A stretch of 64,000 nt of DNA, from NCBI GenBank assembly GCA_965222375.1, contig CBDCTZ010000012.1, positions 576,001 to 640,000 on the forward strand, written 5' to 3'. The position numbers were made by a program, and so were the translations under genes. The DNA comes from Polyangiaceae bacterium. Its GTDB lineage: Bacteria > Myxococcota_A > Polyangia > Polyangiales > Polyangiaceae. This document shows, piece after piece, positions 10,406 through 18,978 of the stretch; position 1 is the stretch's first letter, and each line of letters opens with the position of its first letter. Under the pieces are notes generated by a model. The model made no database searches. It was given only the letters and a program-made list of their open reading frames with translations, and was not told the origin of the DNA.

Positions 10406-11002
10406 ATGTATTTCGCCCGCATCGGTTTGATCTTCTTTTCGCTCCTGGCGCTGCTGGGCTGCGGTTCGGCCATGGACAACAGCCACGTCAAGTTGGCGGA
10501 GCCCATGGAAAGCACGACCCTGGGCCCCGGCGACGTGTTTCAAATGCAGATCGTCGGCGAAAAGGACCTTCCTGAGGAGTACCAGGTCGCGTCGGACGGC
10601 AGCGTGGACCTACCATACATCCAGACCGTGAAGGTCTCTGGCCTCGAGCCCCAGGAACTGTCACGGCTAATCCGAGAGAAACTGATCCAGAAGAAGATTC
10701 TGACGGACCCCAGCGTGGTGGTCTCGGTCAAGGAGTACAACAGCAAGCGCATTACGGTTCTGGGCCAGGTGCAGAAGCCAGGGAGCTTTCCACTGACTCC
10801 TGGTTTGACGTTGATCCAAGCTGTGAGTCAGGCTGGCGGGCTCACATCCATCGCCAACAAAGACCGTGTCAACCTCACGCGGCTGACCAAGAGCGGGTCC
10901 CAGACCGAGGTGCTCAGCGTGGATGCCATCACCGAGGGTCGGTCCAAGGATTTCCCGCTACAAGCTGGTGATCAAATCTACGTCCACGAGCGGGTGTTCT
11001 GA
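10406..11002 (+). CDS. Short Wza/OPX polysaccharide export lipoprotein
   Basis: Lipobox LLGC, Poly_export motif (LGPGD...DGSVDLPYI), one SLBB domain (VLGQVQKPG...AGG); ends ...IYVHERVF with no C-terminal OM helix. Confidence 0.85.
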   Translation: MYFARIGLIFFSLLALLGCGSAMDNSHVKLAEPMESTTLGPGDVFQMQIVGEKDLPEEYQVASDGSVDLPYIQTVKVSGLEPQELSRLIREKLIQKKILTDPSVVVSVKEYNSKRITVLGQVQKPGSFPLTPGLTLIQAVSQAGGLTSIANKDRVNLTRLTKSGSQTEVLSVDAITEGRSKDFPLQAGDQIYVHERVF

Positions 11003-11016
11003 GCCGGCAGCCGGCC

Positions 11017-12000
11017 TCAGGGGGAGGCAGCTGGTGCGTAGCGCACCACAAATACGCCCCGTATCCGTGGTGCCGTCAGACCAGCGAAGGCTTCGGATTC
11101 TCCGTCTCGATCGCCTGATGAGAGCGGCAGGGCGGTGCCGCCTCCCACTTGGAGCACGAGGCCTGGATCGGAAAACGGTGCCGAGCGGACGGAAAACAGC
11201 CACTCGGCTGGGGCGAGCACAGCACCGTCGGGTTGACCCACCAAGGAGCTCCGCAGATGGCCCTCCAGAGCTACCGAGAGGCGTTGTCGTTGCAGAATGT
11301 GCGCGGCCGCCCCCAGCGCTGAGGTGAGCTCTGAGCCCCAGCGTGCGGACGCGAAGGGGACTGGGCGGCGCAGCCGTGCGCCGACAGACCCAGCCAGCTC
11401 CACGGAACTAAGGTCAGCGCCAAAGGTCACGCGGGGGGATAGTCCGAGCCCGGCATCTCCGGCCAAGACGTGTTCGTCTCCCAGGGGGACGACAATGTCG
11501 GCTTGCGCGCGCATGGATCCAACCGAGGAGAGGCGCAGGCTGTAGGCGGCGCCCACGCGGGGGTCGCGCACCGCTGCGCCGGGGAGCGGCGCACTCACCC
11601 GGGACGCAATGGCCTCGGTGCCCGCTCCGTCCTGCACGGGCGAGAAGGGAGCGGCCAACATGACCTCGAGTCCGTCCACGGGTGCATAGCCCGTGACCAG
11701 CGTCGTGGTCACCAGATGGCGTACGACATTGATGTCGCGGCCATCCGGGTCGGGTGAAGGTACGTTGAGGACGATGGGCTTGTGTGCGTAACTCGTTGCC
11801 AGGACCACGCTGACGCTGCTGGCGGGAGCGACCGCTGTTGGCTCGATCGCGACAAACTGTGCGCGCCCGCTCGCGATCCACAGCGCTTCCGCATCCAAAC
11901 ACGGGCTCACGCCGCCCGCGGGGTCGCAATCTGTTGCCAGCACGGGAGGACACATCAGCGCAGCGCAGACGGCGGTAGACAACAGCGGCAGCAATCGCAT
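11017..12000 (-). CDS. Secreted, probably beta-barrel hypothetical protein
   Basis: Signal peptide MRLLPLL..., amphipathic strands, C-terminal PRIRGVFVVRYAP resembling the N-terminal barrel of myxobacterial OmpA-family proteins. Confidence 0.55.
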   Translation of the reverse strand: MRLLPLLSTAVCAALMCPPVLATDCDPAGGVSPCLDAEALWIASGRAQFVAIEPTAVAPASSVSVVLATSYAHKPIVLNVPSPDPDGRDINVVRHLVTTTLVTGYAPVDGLEVMLAAPFSPVQDGAGTEAIASRVSAPLPGAAVRDPRVGAAYSLRLSSVGSMRAQADIVVPLGDEHVLAGDAGLGLSPRVTFGADLSSVELAGSVGARLRRPVPFASARWGSELTSALGAAAHILQRQRLSVALEGHLRSSLVGQPDGAVLAPAEWLFSVRSAPFSDPGLVLQVGGGTALPLSSGDRDGESEAFAGLTAPRIRGVFVVRYAPAASP

Positions 12001-12115
12001 CGGCTCGCCGAGTTTTGTCGGCTCTGCTTTCGGTGTCGAGACAAAGCACGCACCGGCAGACCCCGGGTAGCGCTCGCGGCTCACATTGTCCGGCTTTTTG
12101 TGTTACCGGACGCTC

Positions 12116-12742
12116 ATGTCGCCTTCGGGCAAGGCCAAGGCGCCGATCACGCCAAAGCGCCCTCTACTGCTCGGTTCGGGGTCGCCGCGACGTCGCGAGC
12201 TGCTGGCGCAAGTCAGGATCCCGCTGCTCGTCCATCCTCCCGTCGTGGATGAGACATTGCGGGCCTCCGAGAGCCCCGAGGCGTACTTGAAGCGTGTCGT
12301 CCAGGCCAAGCTGAGCGCCGTTGGCGGCAGTGAGCACGTTGCTGGAGCGGCCGCTTGGCTGTGCGCGGACACCTGCGTAACCGCTGACGGCAAGATCTTG
12401 GGCAAGCCCCGAGATTCCGTGGACGCCATGGAGATGCTGCAGCTTCTGGAGGGCCGCGGCCATGAGGTCATGACGCGCTACTCTATTCGCGCTGTCGGCG
12501 GAGCACGAGCCGAGCGCACGATCTGCACGACAGTGCACATGCGAGGGGCGAGTTTGGATGAGTTGCGACGCTACGTTGCCACTGGGGAAGGCGTCGACAA
12601 GGCAGGCAGCTACGCCATTCAAGGTGTTGGTGCCTTCCTCGTATCCAAGATCGAAGGCTCCTATTCGAACGTGGTTGGTCTACCTATTTGTGAAGTGGTC
12701 GGCGACCTTCTGCGCCTGGATCTGCTGGAAGAGTTCCCGTGA
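12116..12742 (+). CDS. maf: Maf-family nucleoside triphosphate pyrophosphatase
   Basis: Motifs LGSGSPRRRELL, ADT, ILGKP, DKAGSYAIQG, SNVVGLP. Confidence 0.92.
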   Translation: MSPSGKAKAPITPKRPLLLGSGSPRRRELLAQVRIPLLVHPPVVDETLRASESPEAYLKRVVQAKLSAVGGSEHVAGAAAWLCADTCVTADGKILGKPRDSVDAMEMLQLLEGRGHEVMTRYSIRAVGGARAERTICTTVHMRGASLDELRRYVATGEGVDKAGSYAIQGVGAFLVSKIEGSYSNVVGLPICEVVGDLLRLDLLEEFP

Positions 12743-14124
12743 ACCGAGCCGCGCCACTACGCGACGGCCTCCTGATTGCACTGTTGGGCCTGATCGTTCG
12801 GCTTGGCGTAGTGCTTTGGGGTAGCGGCCGCTTTCCCCCGAGCGAAGACGGGCGCTTTTATCACACCCTTGCCAGGCGCATCGCGGCGGGGGAGGGCTAT
12901 AGCTGGCTGTGGCCCGACGGAGTCGTCACGCCAGTTACCCACTACCCGGTGGGCTACCCCGGAATTGTCGCCGCCCTGTACGCCGGCTTTGGGTCGGCAC
13001 CTTGGGTTGCCATGAGTTTGAATGCAGTCCTCGGCGCGGTGGGAGTCCTTGCGGCCCATCAGGTTGCGTCGCGGGGCGCGTCGCGGCGTGGTGCGGCATT
13101 GGCGGCACTGCTGGTTGCTGCTCATCCCGGGTTGGTGCTGTACACGCCCGCCGTGATGACCGAAGGTGTTTCCGCAGCGCTGCTCGCCGTCGGCGCTTGG
13201 CTGTGCGTGCTGATGGCCGAGTCCCGCAAGCCAATCGGCTGGACACTGGGCGCTGGGATCGTCTTCGGGCTGTCGATTCTAGTGCGGCCCCAATTCCTCT
13301 TGCTGGCGCCCGTCTTCGCTCTCGTCGGCGCTCGGACATTCAAGGCTGCGGTCCTGCGCAGCGTGGCGGTGAGTTCAGTCGCTCTGGCCTGCGTGCTACC
13401 TTGGACCGTGAGGAACTGCCGCAGCATGGATCAATGCGTGTTCGTGAGCGCCAATGCCGGCTGGAACCTATGGATAGGCGCTCCGCCGCATGCGACGGGC
13501 ACCTTCCTTTCGGTTGCGGGTGATACGGTCCCCGTGGACTGTCGGACGGTCTTTCCAGAAGTCCAAAAAGACAGGTGCTTCGGGTCGGCAGCCTGGCGCA
13601 ACATCGCCAAAGTACCGGGCGACTGGCTCGCGCTGGTACCCAAGAAGCTCTCCCATACCTTCGACTATTGCGGCGCTGCCGGTTGGTACTTGCGGGCGGC
13701 GAATCCCGGCGCCCTATCCGAAAAGGCAAAGTGGGGCTTGGGTGCCGTCGAGACCCTGTTCCAACGGATTGTCCTGCTCTTTGCCCTGCTGAGTTTGGCC
13801 AGGCCGGGCCCAAGGCGTCGGCTTCGCCAGGGGTTGGTGGGCTGCGGCGTGGTCGCCCTTCTGACCCCCTATGCCTGGCTCAGCTACGCCGCCCTGGCTC
13901 TGGCGGCATCCGGCCTGGGCCGTCGGCTGCTCGGGTCACCACCCGCGTTTCTGGCCAGCACAGCCGTACTCGCGACGGCGCTTACTCATGCGGTCTTTTT
14001 TGGGGCCGGCCGCTATGGCATGGTGACCTTCGTGGTGCTGGCCGCCCTTTCCGGCAGCCTTTTGACAGCCAGGCCAGAGCCAGGGGATACTTCGATCCGA
14101 GGAGATACCGACGGATGCCCCTGA
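12739..14124 (+). CDS. GT-C fold (GT39/ArnT-like) membrane glycosyltransferase
   Basis: Multi-TM; D..FY..LA in loop 1, PVGYP, MTE, LVRP, PWTVRN and SANAGWNLWIG motifs. Confidence 0.75.
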   Translation: MNRAAPLRDGLLIALLGLIVRLGVVLWGSGRFPPSEDGRFYHTLARRIAAGEGYSWLWPDGVVTPVTHYPVGYPGIVAALYAGFGSAPWVAMSLNAVLGAVGVLAAHQVASRGASRRGAALAALLVAAHPGLVLYTPAVMTEGVSAALLAVGAWLCVLMAESRKPIGWTLGAGIVFGLSILVRPQFLLLAPVFALVGARTFKAAVLRSVAVSSVALACVLPWTVRNCRSMDQCVFVSANAGWNLWIGAPPHATGTFLSVAGDTVPVDCRTVFPEVQKDRCFGSAAWRNIAKVPGDWLALVPKKLSHTFDYCGAAGWYLRAANPGALSEKAKWGLGAVETLFQRIVLLFALLSLARPGPRRRLRQGLVGCGVVALLTPYAWLSYAALALAASGLGRRLLGSPPAFLASTAVLATALTHAVFFGAGRYGMVTFVVLAALSGSLLTARPEPGDTSIRGDTDGCP

Positions 14125-14378
14125 TCGACACGGAAGAGGCCGCGCGCCGGCTCGCTCGAGCCATCGCAAGCGATTTATCCCTATATAACGAGGAAAAGAT
14201 CGTGCGCGGGATCGAACAAGACAGCCTCTTCGGCGAACTCTCCGAAGAAATCGAAGAGGGGCGCGCGCTGTACAAGAGCCGCGTGTCCCCAGACCTCTAC
14301 GGCAAGAATTTCTACGATCGCGCTCTTTGCGACATCCTCGTGAAGTCCAAAGGGCACATCAAGAGCAAGATCTGGTGA
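14115..14378 (+). CDS. romX: RomX-like polarity protein (RomR/RomX GEF component for MglA)
   Basis: 87 aa MPLIDTEEAARRLARAIASDLSLYNEEKI...EEGRALYKSRVS...HIKSKIW, closely matching my recollection of myxobacterial RomX; RBS GGAG upstream. Confidence 0.85.
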   Translation: MPLIDTEEAARRLARAIASDLSLYNEEKIVRGIEQDSLFGELSEEIEEGRALYKSRVSPDLYGKNFYDRALCDILVKSKGHIKSKIW

Positions 14379-14385
14379 GCCCAAC

Positions 14386-15354
14386 GTGGCGCGCTATGTG
14401 CTCGGACCAGAGCACGCGGGCCTGCGTCTGGACAAGGTGCTCACGGGGCTGATTCCCGGCGCTTCACGGGGGGCTGTGCAGCGTTGGATCCGCGAGGGGC
14501 GGGTCCGCCTCAATGCGGGGCAATGCCGCCCCCGGGACCCGGTTCAAACCGGCGATGTCATTGACGCGGACCCCGGACCGGCAGAAACGAGCGCAGCCGA
14601 GCCAGACCCGAGCGTCGCGCTCAGCGTGCTATTCGAAGATGAACACCTGATCGTCGTCGACAAGGCGGCGGGGCTGGTCGTGCACCCGGCTCGAGGCCAC
14701 TGGTCCGGCACCTTGGTCAACGGCCTCCTCGCCCGGCCGGGCTTCCGGTCCGCGGCGGCCGACCCCCAAGACCCGTCGGGCGCCTTGCGGCCGGGCATTG
14801 TGCAGCGACTCGATAAGGACACGAGTGGTGTTCTGGTCGTTGCAAAGACCAGCGATGCCCGGGAGGGCTTGAAAGAGCAGCTCGCGGGGCGGCAAATGGA
14901 GCGTGAGTACTGGGCAATCACCCTCGGGGATTGCGCTTCGGGCCGCATCGAAACCCTGCATGGCCGTCATCCCCGCTCCCGTGTGAAGTTCACCTCCATC
15001 ACGGATGAAGGGCGCAATGCGATAACCGAGGTCACCCGTGAAGAGTCCTTGCTAGAGGGGCTCGCAACGCTGGTTCGCTGCCGTTTGGAAACGGGGCGTA
15101 CCCACCAAATCCGCGTGCACCTGGCGGAGCAGCGCGACGCGCCGCTCTTGGCAGATGAGGTTTACGGTCGGAGGGTGCGCGATCCTCGGCTCGTCGAGGC
15201 CGAGCACGCAATTGGTCGGCAGGCGCTTCACGCGCGGGTTCTTGGTTTCGTGCACCCAGTGACGGCCGAACCACTCCGGTTTTCTGCGGCGATTCCCGAC
15301 GACTTCCGACGCTGCCTCCGAGTGCTGGGCAGTCAGGTCGAGCTCTTGGACTGA
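14386..15354 (+). CDS. rluD: RluA/RluD-family 23S rRNA pseudouridine synthase
   Basis: S4 domain (RLDK), KAAGLVVHP, GIVQRLDKDTSG, ETGRTHQIRVH, QALHA. Confidence 0.9.
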   Translation: MARYVLGPEHAGLRLDKVLTGLIPGASRGAVQRWIREGRVRLNAGQCRPRDPVQTGDVIDADPGPAETSAAEPDPSVALSVLFEDEHLIVVDKAAGLVVHPARGHWSGTLVNGLLARPGFRSAAADPQDPSGALRPGIVQRLDKDTSGVLVVAKTSDAREGLKEQLAGRQMEREYWAITLGDCASGRIETLHGRHPRSRVKFTSITDEGRNAITEVTREESLLEGLATLVRCRLETGRTHQIRVHLAEQRDAPLLADEVYGRRVRDPRLVEAEHAIGRQALHARVLGFVHPVTAEPLRFSAAIPDDFRRCLRVLGSQVELLD

Positions 15355-16331
15355 GGAGTGTGAATGACCTCGTCCGCGCCTTCCCGCATTAGGTTGGGGA
15401 ACCGTGTGCGCAGCAGCGCGAGGGCCCCGAATCCGACAACCACCGCCCACCACAACGTCGCGAACCGAATCAGAATCATGGCGCTAGTGGCCGGAGCTTG
15501 GGGCACCCGGCCGAGCCGTATCAGCTGTTCTTGGATCATCGCCTCGGCCACACCCAGCCCGCCAGGGACGGGAATGATGGCGCCAGCCAGGGTAGCCGTG
15601 GCGTAGAAAAACACGGCCAGCGGGGGGCTCACGCTCACTCCGAAGCCGCCGAGGATCAGATAAAGGGCGATGCCTTCGGCGCCCCAGCCGAGGATGCTGA
15701 GGAAGCTCGGCCAAAGCAACGCGCCAGGGCTGGCGACGATGCGTAGGCTGTCAAAGGCCTCACGACCTCGTTCGGCGATCTTGGTCCAGCGACCTCCACG
15801 ACGCTCCAAGGCCCCCAGGATCCAATTGCCAGGTCGGCGCCACAGGATGAGCAGCAGGCCGAAGGCGACGCAGCCCGCACCGGCAATGGCCCATCGAAGC
15901 CCGCCAGAGAAACCCGCGCTGCCTACGACAATCAGGGTGATGACACCAATGACGTCCGTGAGGCGTTCGGCGACGACGATGGGTGCAGTGCGGGCGACTG
16001 GGACGCCGTGGGTTTCACTCAAGACGGCGCTTTTGAAAACCTCGCCGACTTTGCCCGGAGTGACTGTGAGCACGAACCCCGACAGGAAGATCAGCAGACT
16101 GTCCCACTTGGGAATGTCACGTATCTCTAGGCGCGCCAGGTAGTACTCCCACTTCAAGAAGCGTAGCCCGTAGTTGCCACTGGCTAGAATCAACGCCAGT
16201 GCGAACGCGCTCCAGCGAAAGTCTGAGAGGCTGGCCTGAATGTCGCGATAGCCGGTGTAGGCGACAAAAGCGCCATACAGGAGCACGCCCAGCAGCATGG
16301 CCAGCACGATGCGCCGGACGAACTTCTTCAT
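15333..16331 (-). CDS. Lysylphosphatidylglycerol synthase TM / flippase-like (UPF0104) membrane protein
   Basis: Motifs RFLKW, TPGKVGE, ERLTD, PGGLGVAE, IRFATLW; multi-TM. Confidence 0.85.
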   Translation of the reverse strand: MKKFVRRIVLAMLLGVLLYGAFVAYTGYRDIQASLSDFRWSAFALALILASGNYGLRFLKWEYYLARLEIRDIPKWDSLLIFLSGFVLTVTPGKVGEVFKSAVLSETHGVPVARTAPIVVAERLTDVIGVITLIVVGSAGFSGGLRWAIAGAGCVAFGLLLILWRRPGNWILGALERRGGRWTKIAERGREAFDSLRIVASPGALLWPSFLSILGWGAEGIALYLILGGFGVSVSPPLAVFFYATATLAGAIIPVPGGLGVAEAMIQEQLIRLGRVPQAPATSAMILIRFATLWWAVVVGFGALALLRTRFPNLMREGADEVIHTPQSKSST

Positions 16332-16513
16332 CGACGCCGCCAGCGGACCAAGAAATACGCAAGCGCGACGGCCAAGACGACGCTGCCAAGAGTGGCGATT
16401 CCCCACGCCGGGAATGCGTACTTGCCCCGCGCCAGGCCCGACGCTGGACGCTCCACGACCACCCCCGGCGAACTACCGGCCTCGGCCGTGCCCGAAGTCG
16501 CCGCAGCCTGCAT
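16328..16513 (-). CDS. Small single-pass membrane protein
   Basis: 61 aa with C-terminal TM and RWRRR tail; stop overlaps the next ATG (ATGA). Confidence 0.5.
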   Translation of the reverse strand: MQAAATSGTAEAGSSPGVVVERPASGLARGKYAFPAWGIATLGSVVLAVALAYFLVRWRRR

Positions 16514-16651
16514 TGGTGCGAAGCGCTAGCATGCGGGGCAGGGCCAGAGCAACCAGATGTGGGATGCGGGCGGACGCTTTGGTGACGCGGGGCTGCTAGG
16601 GAGGCGATCGGCACTTTCGCTCGCCGTGGATGGGCCTTAAGCTGCCGGCAC

Positions 16652-17674
16652 GTGGTGACTGCGGCGCAACAAAGCCCCGACCCGCCTGGGCGCGGAGACG
16701 GCGAACTGCTCGATGCCTGCGCCGGCGCCTGCGCTCGGCTGAAATCTCAGGTGGCCAGGGTAGTTGTGGGCCAGGACGATGTTGTCGACGCGTTGCTGAT
16801 CACGCTGATGGCGCGCGGGCACGGCCTTTTGGTGGGCGTGCCGGGCCTGGCGAAGACCCTGCTCGTCGCCTCGGTTGCTCGAGCCCTGAGCCTCAGTTTC
16901 GGCAGAGTCCAATTCACGCCGGACTTGCTGCCAGCGGACATCACCGGGACCGACGTGCTCAACGAGGTGGACGTCGGGGGAAGCGTGCGGCGCGAAGTCC
17001 GGTTCATGTCGGGACCGATCTTCAAGAACCTCGTGCTCGCAGACGAGATCAATCGCACGCCGCCAAAGACTCAGGCGGCCTTGCTTCAGGCCATGCAGGA
17101 GCGCCACGTGACCGTTGGTGGGGCGACTCATGCCCTGCCGGATCCATTTCAGGTCTTCGCTACGCGCAACCCCATCGAGCAAGAGGGCACATACCCGCTG
17201 CCAGAGGCCCAACTCGATCGGTTCTTGCTTGAGATCCACGTTGGCTATCCGAGCGAGTCTGAAGAGCGCGAGATCGCGCGGCGCACTACATCGGGAGCCG
17301 CTCCAGAGATCGAGGCGGTGCTCGGCGTAGAGGAGCTTCGCTTGTTAGGCGCTCTGGTGCCGCGAATCCCCGTGACTGACGAAGCTGTGGATCTTGCCGT
17401 CAAGGCGTCTCGGCGCACCCGGCCGGATGCCGAAGACGCGCCCGCGGAGGTGAAGAACTACGTGAGGTTCGGCGCGGGGCCCAGGGGCAGTCAAGCGCTG
17501 GTGCTAGCAGCAAAGGCTCGAGCCGCCGTGTGTGGACAGGCCGCCGCCGATCTGGACGATGTGCGCGCGCTGCTACTTCCGGCACTGCGCCACCGACTCG
17601 TGCTCAGCTATCGCGCCGAAGCGGACGGTGTGCGGGACTCAGACGTGGTCAGCGCCGTTGCGCGCGGCCTGTGA
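16652..17674 (+). CDS. MoxR-family AAA+ ATPase
   Basis: GVPGLAKT Walker A, RVQFTPDLLPADITG, LADEINRTPPKTQAALLQAMQE, NPIEQEGTYPLPEAQLDRF. Confidence 0.95.
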   Translation: MVTAAQQSPDPPGRGDGELLDACAGACARLKSQVARVVVGQDDVVDALLITLMARGHGLLVGVPGLAKTLLVASVARALSLSFGRVQFTPDLLPADITGTDVLNEVDVGGSVRREVRFMSGPIFKNLVLADEINRTPPKTQAALLQAMQERHVTVGGATHALPDPFQVFATRNPIEQEGTYPLPEAQLDRFLLEIHVGYPSESEEREIARRTTSGAAPEIEAVLGVEELRLLGALVPRIPVTDEAVDLAVKASRRTRPDAEDAPAEVKNYVRFGAGPRGSQALVLAAKARAAVCGQAAADLDDVRALLLPALRHRLVLSYRAEADGVRDSDVVSAVARGL

Positions 17675-17684
17675 GGCTCTCCGT

Positions 17685-18479
17685 CTACCGGGCGCGAAAA
17701 CTCGCGGCGCGCTTGTCCGAGAAGGCCTGCAGCCCTTCCGTGCTGTCTTCGCTCGCGAACAGCTCAGCCTGAAGCTCGCGCTCCAGAGCCAGACCCTGGT
17801 CGAGGGGCAGTTCCATCGCCGCTTGCACTGCGCGTTTGATTCGGCCCACCGCCAACGGGGCTTTGCTCGGCGGGGTGAATTTGTGAGCGTAGTCACTGAC
17901 TTTCGCGTGAAAGTTAGAAACGTTGCCAGTATCCCACAGGTAGTGCACCAGCCCCCATTCCAGTGCTTGCTCTTGACTGAAGTTTTCGCCCTCGATCATG
18001 ATCTGCATCGCTCGTGCCTTGCCGACCAGCCGCGTGAGCCGCTGAGTGCCACCGGTGCCTGGAAGCACGCCGAGCTTGACTTCAGGTAGACCCAGCTTGA
18101 ACGTGCCGGCTCGAGCGATGCGAATGTCGCAGGCCATCGCCATCTCGAATCCGCCGCCCACACAGTGCCCATTGAGCGCGGCGATGGACAGCTTTGGCGT
18201 TTCCTCCAGGCGGCGCAGGGTTTCGTTGGCGTGCAAGCAGAAGTAGTACTTGAAGGTCGGATCCGCTTCGCGCAGCATGTCGATGTTCGCGCCACAGCAG
18301 AAAAAGCGTTCGCCGGATCCAGTCAGCACAATCACGTAGATGTCGGAATCGAAGCGCGCCTCTAGGATCGCGTCGTCGAGTTCCTTCATCATCTCGTGGG
18401 TGTAGGCATTCACGGGGGGATCGTTGAGGGTCAAAACGGCTACGCCATGATCCGTTTCGTAGTCCACGAGGTTGCCCAT
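17685..18479 (-). CDS. Enoyl-CoA hydratase/isomerase
   Basis: FFCCGANI, GGGFE, PEVKLGVLPGTGGTQRL; both catalytic Glu present. Confidence 0.9.
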   Translation of the reverse strand: MGNLVDYETDHGVAVLTLNDPPVNAYTHEMMKELDDAILEARFDSDIYVIVLTGSGERFFCCGANIDMLREADPTFKYYFCLHANETLRRLEETPKLSIAALNGHCVGGGFEMAMACDIRIARAGTFKLGLPEVKLGVLPGTGGTQRLTRLVGKARAMQIMIEGENFSQEQALEWGLVHYLWDTGNVSNFHAKVSDYAHKFTPPSKAPLAVGRIKRAVQAAMELPLDQGLALERELQAELFASEDSTEGLQAFSDKRAASFRAR

Positions 18480-18656
18480 CTTGCTATCTGAGTCCTTTCT
18501 GAAGAGCGGGTCCGCCGCGGTGCGGGCGCCCGGGCGCCATAGCGAAAATCGTGCGCAAGCCTAGCAGGGCGGGCTGGAGAGCGCCGCTTTTCCCTGAAGA
18601 TCCAGCGACATCCACGTGCTTCCTCAAACGGGTTTTTGGGCTAAGCTGCGCTGGAA

Positions 18657-18944
18657 GTGCCTACTGGTCCTGACGATGCCCTGGCGGAGCTGAAACGCGC
18701 GCTCAAAGAGCTAGTCGTGGAAGAACTCGACTTGCGCGACCGAGGCCCCGACAGCATTGCCAGCGACGCGCCTTTGTTTGGAGAGGGGCTGGGTCTCGAT
18801 TCTCTGGACGCCCTCCAGCTCGTGATGGCCATCGAGGAGCGATATGGCGTCCAAATCCCCGAGGGTGAGGAGGCGCGTGCGGCTTTTGCCTCCATCGACG
18901 CCTTGGCGGCCTACATAGTGGCAAACCGAGGGGCCGGTCCGTGA
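18657..18944 (+). CDS. Acyl carrier protein
   Basis: LFGEGLGLDSLDALQL phosphopantetheine motif of the aryl-polyene-type ACP style. Confidence 0.9.
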   Translation: MPTGPDDALAELKRALKELVVEELDLRDRGPDSIASDAPLFGEGLGLDSLDALQLVMAIEERYGVQIPEGEEARAAFASIDALAAYIVANRGAGP

Positions 18945-18978
18945 CGCGACCAGCAGGCACCGGAGGCCAGTCGCATCG

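Noticed and set aside
13575..14114. N-terminal extension of the 267 aa ORF containing romX
   Set aside because: It overlaps the GT-C gene out of frame; the RomX-like sequence starts at ATG 14115 after a GGAG RBS.
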